A stretch of 64,000 nt of DNA. Source: Schizochytrium sp. TIO01. Taxonomy: Eukaryota; Protista; Bigyra: Labyrinthulomycetes. The notes below the pieces were generated by a model. It saw only the letters and a list, made by a program, of their open reading frames with translations, had not been told where the DNA came from and did not search any database. Of the stretch, positions 63,945-64,000 are shown one piece after another (the first letter of the stretch is position 1; each line of letters begins with the position of its first letter). A program made the translations under genes and the position numbers. The stretch lies in assembly GCA_004764695.1 (NCBI GenBank), contig SMSO01000032.1, positions 4,806,483 to 4,870,482 of the forward strand. Reading direction: 5' to 3'.

Positions 63945-64000
63945 GTGTACTGTATACTAAGTACTGTGCCTGGCTACACGGCCTTAGCCTTCTTTAGCAG

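Noticed and set aside
1-64000. CRISPR arrays, rRNA/tRNA genes, intact transposons or viral hallmark genes
   Set aside because: No repeat-spacer arrays, cloverleaves, terminal repeats, or RT/integrase/transposase/capsid motifs were seen; short RNAs could be missed by eye.

Overview
A gene-dense, intron-poor eukaryotic (protist) nuclear window. Composition, near-absence of coding introns and gene content suggest a thraustochytrid-like stramenopile, but this is inference only. About 21 protein-coding genes can be supported. Housekeeping genes: eIF3f, MYST acetyltransferase, LSm8, taxilin, pallidin-like BLOC-1 subunit, R3H protein, MARCH6/Doa10, RPA49, ABCF1, TTC17-like and Fis1. Signalling and membrane genes: an Hv1-type proton channel, a divergent cNMP-domain AGC kinase, a PX-BAR-TKL kinase fusion, a P2X-like channel and a 1.95-kaa type I surface protein. 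A gene-poorer, more AT-rich tract at about 26.6-33.9 kb holds the P2X gene, a small two-exon gene missed by the ORF track and decayed coding sequence. Two genes are split by single-base frameshifts in short homopolymers (about 7176 and about 61298), most simply assembly errors. I found no rRNA, tRNA, CRISPR array or intact mobile element, and no clearly novel multi-gene system. The best leads are unusual protein architectures: a P2X lacking ATP-binding residues, the PX-BAR-kinase fusion with an unrecognised duplicated N-terminal module, a degenerate cNMP kinase, a split Fis1, and RPA49 with a Nopp140-like tail. All family calls come from motif recognition by eye; no database search was run.
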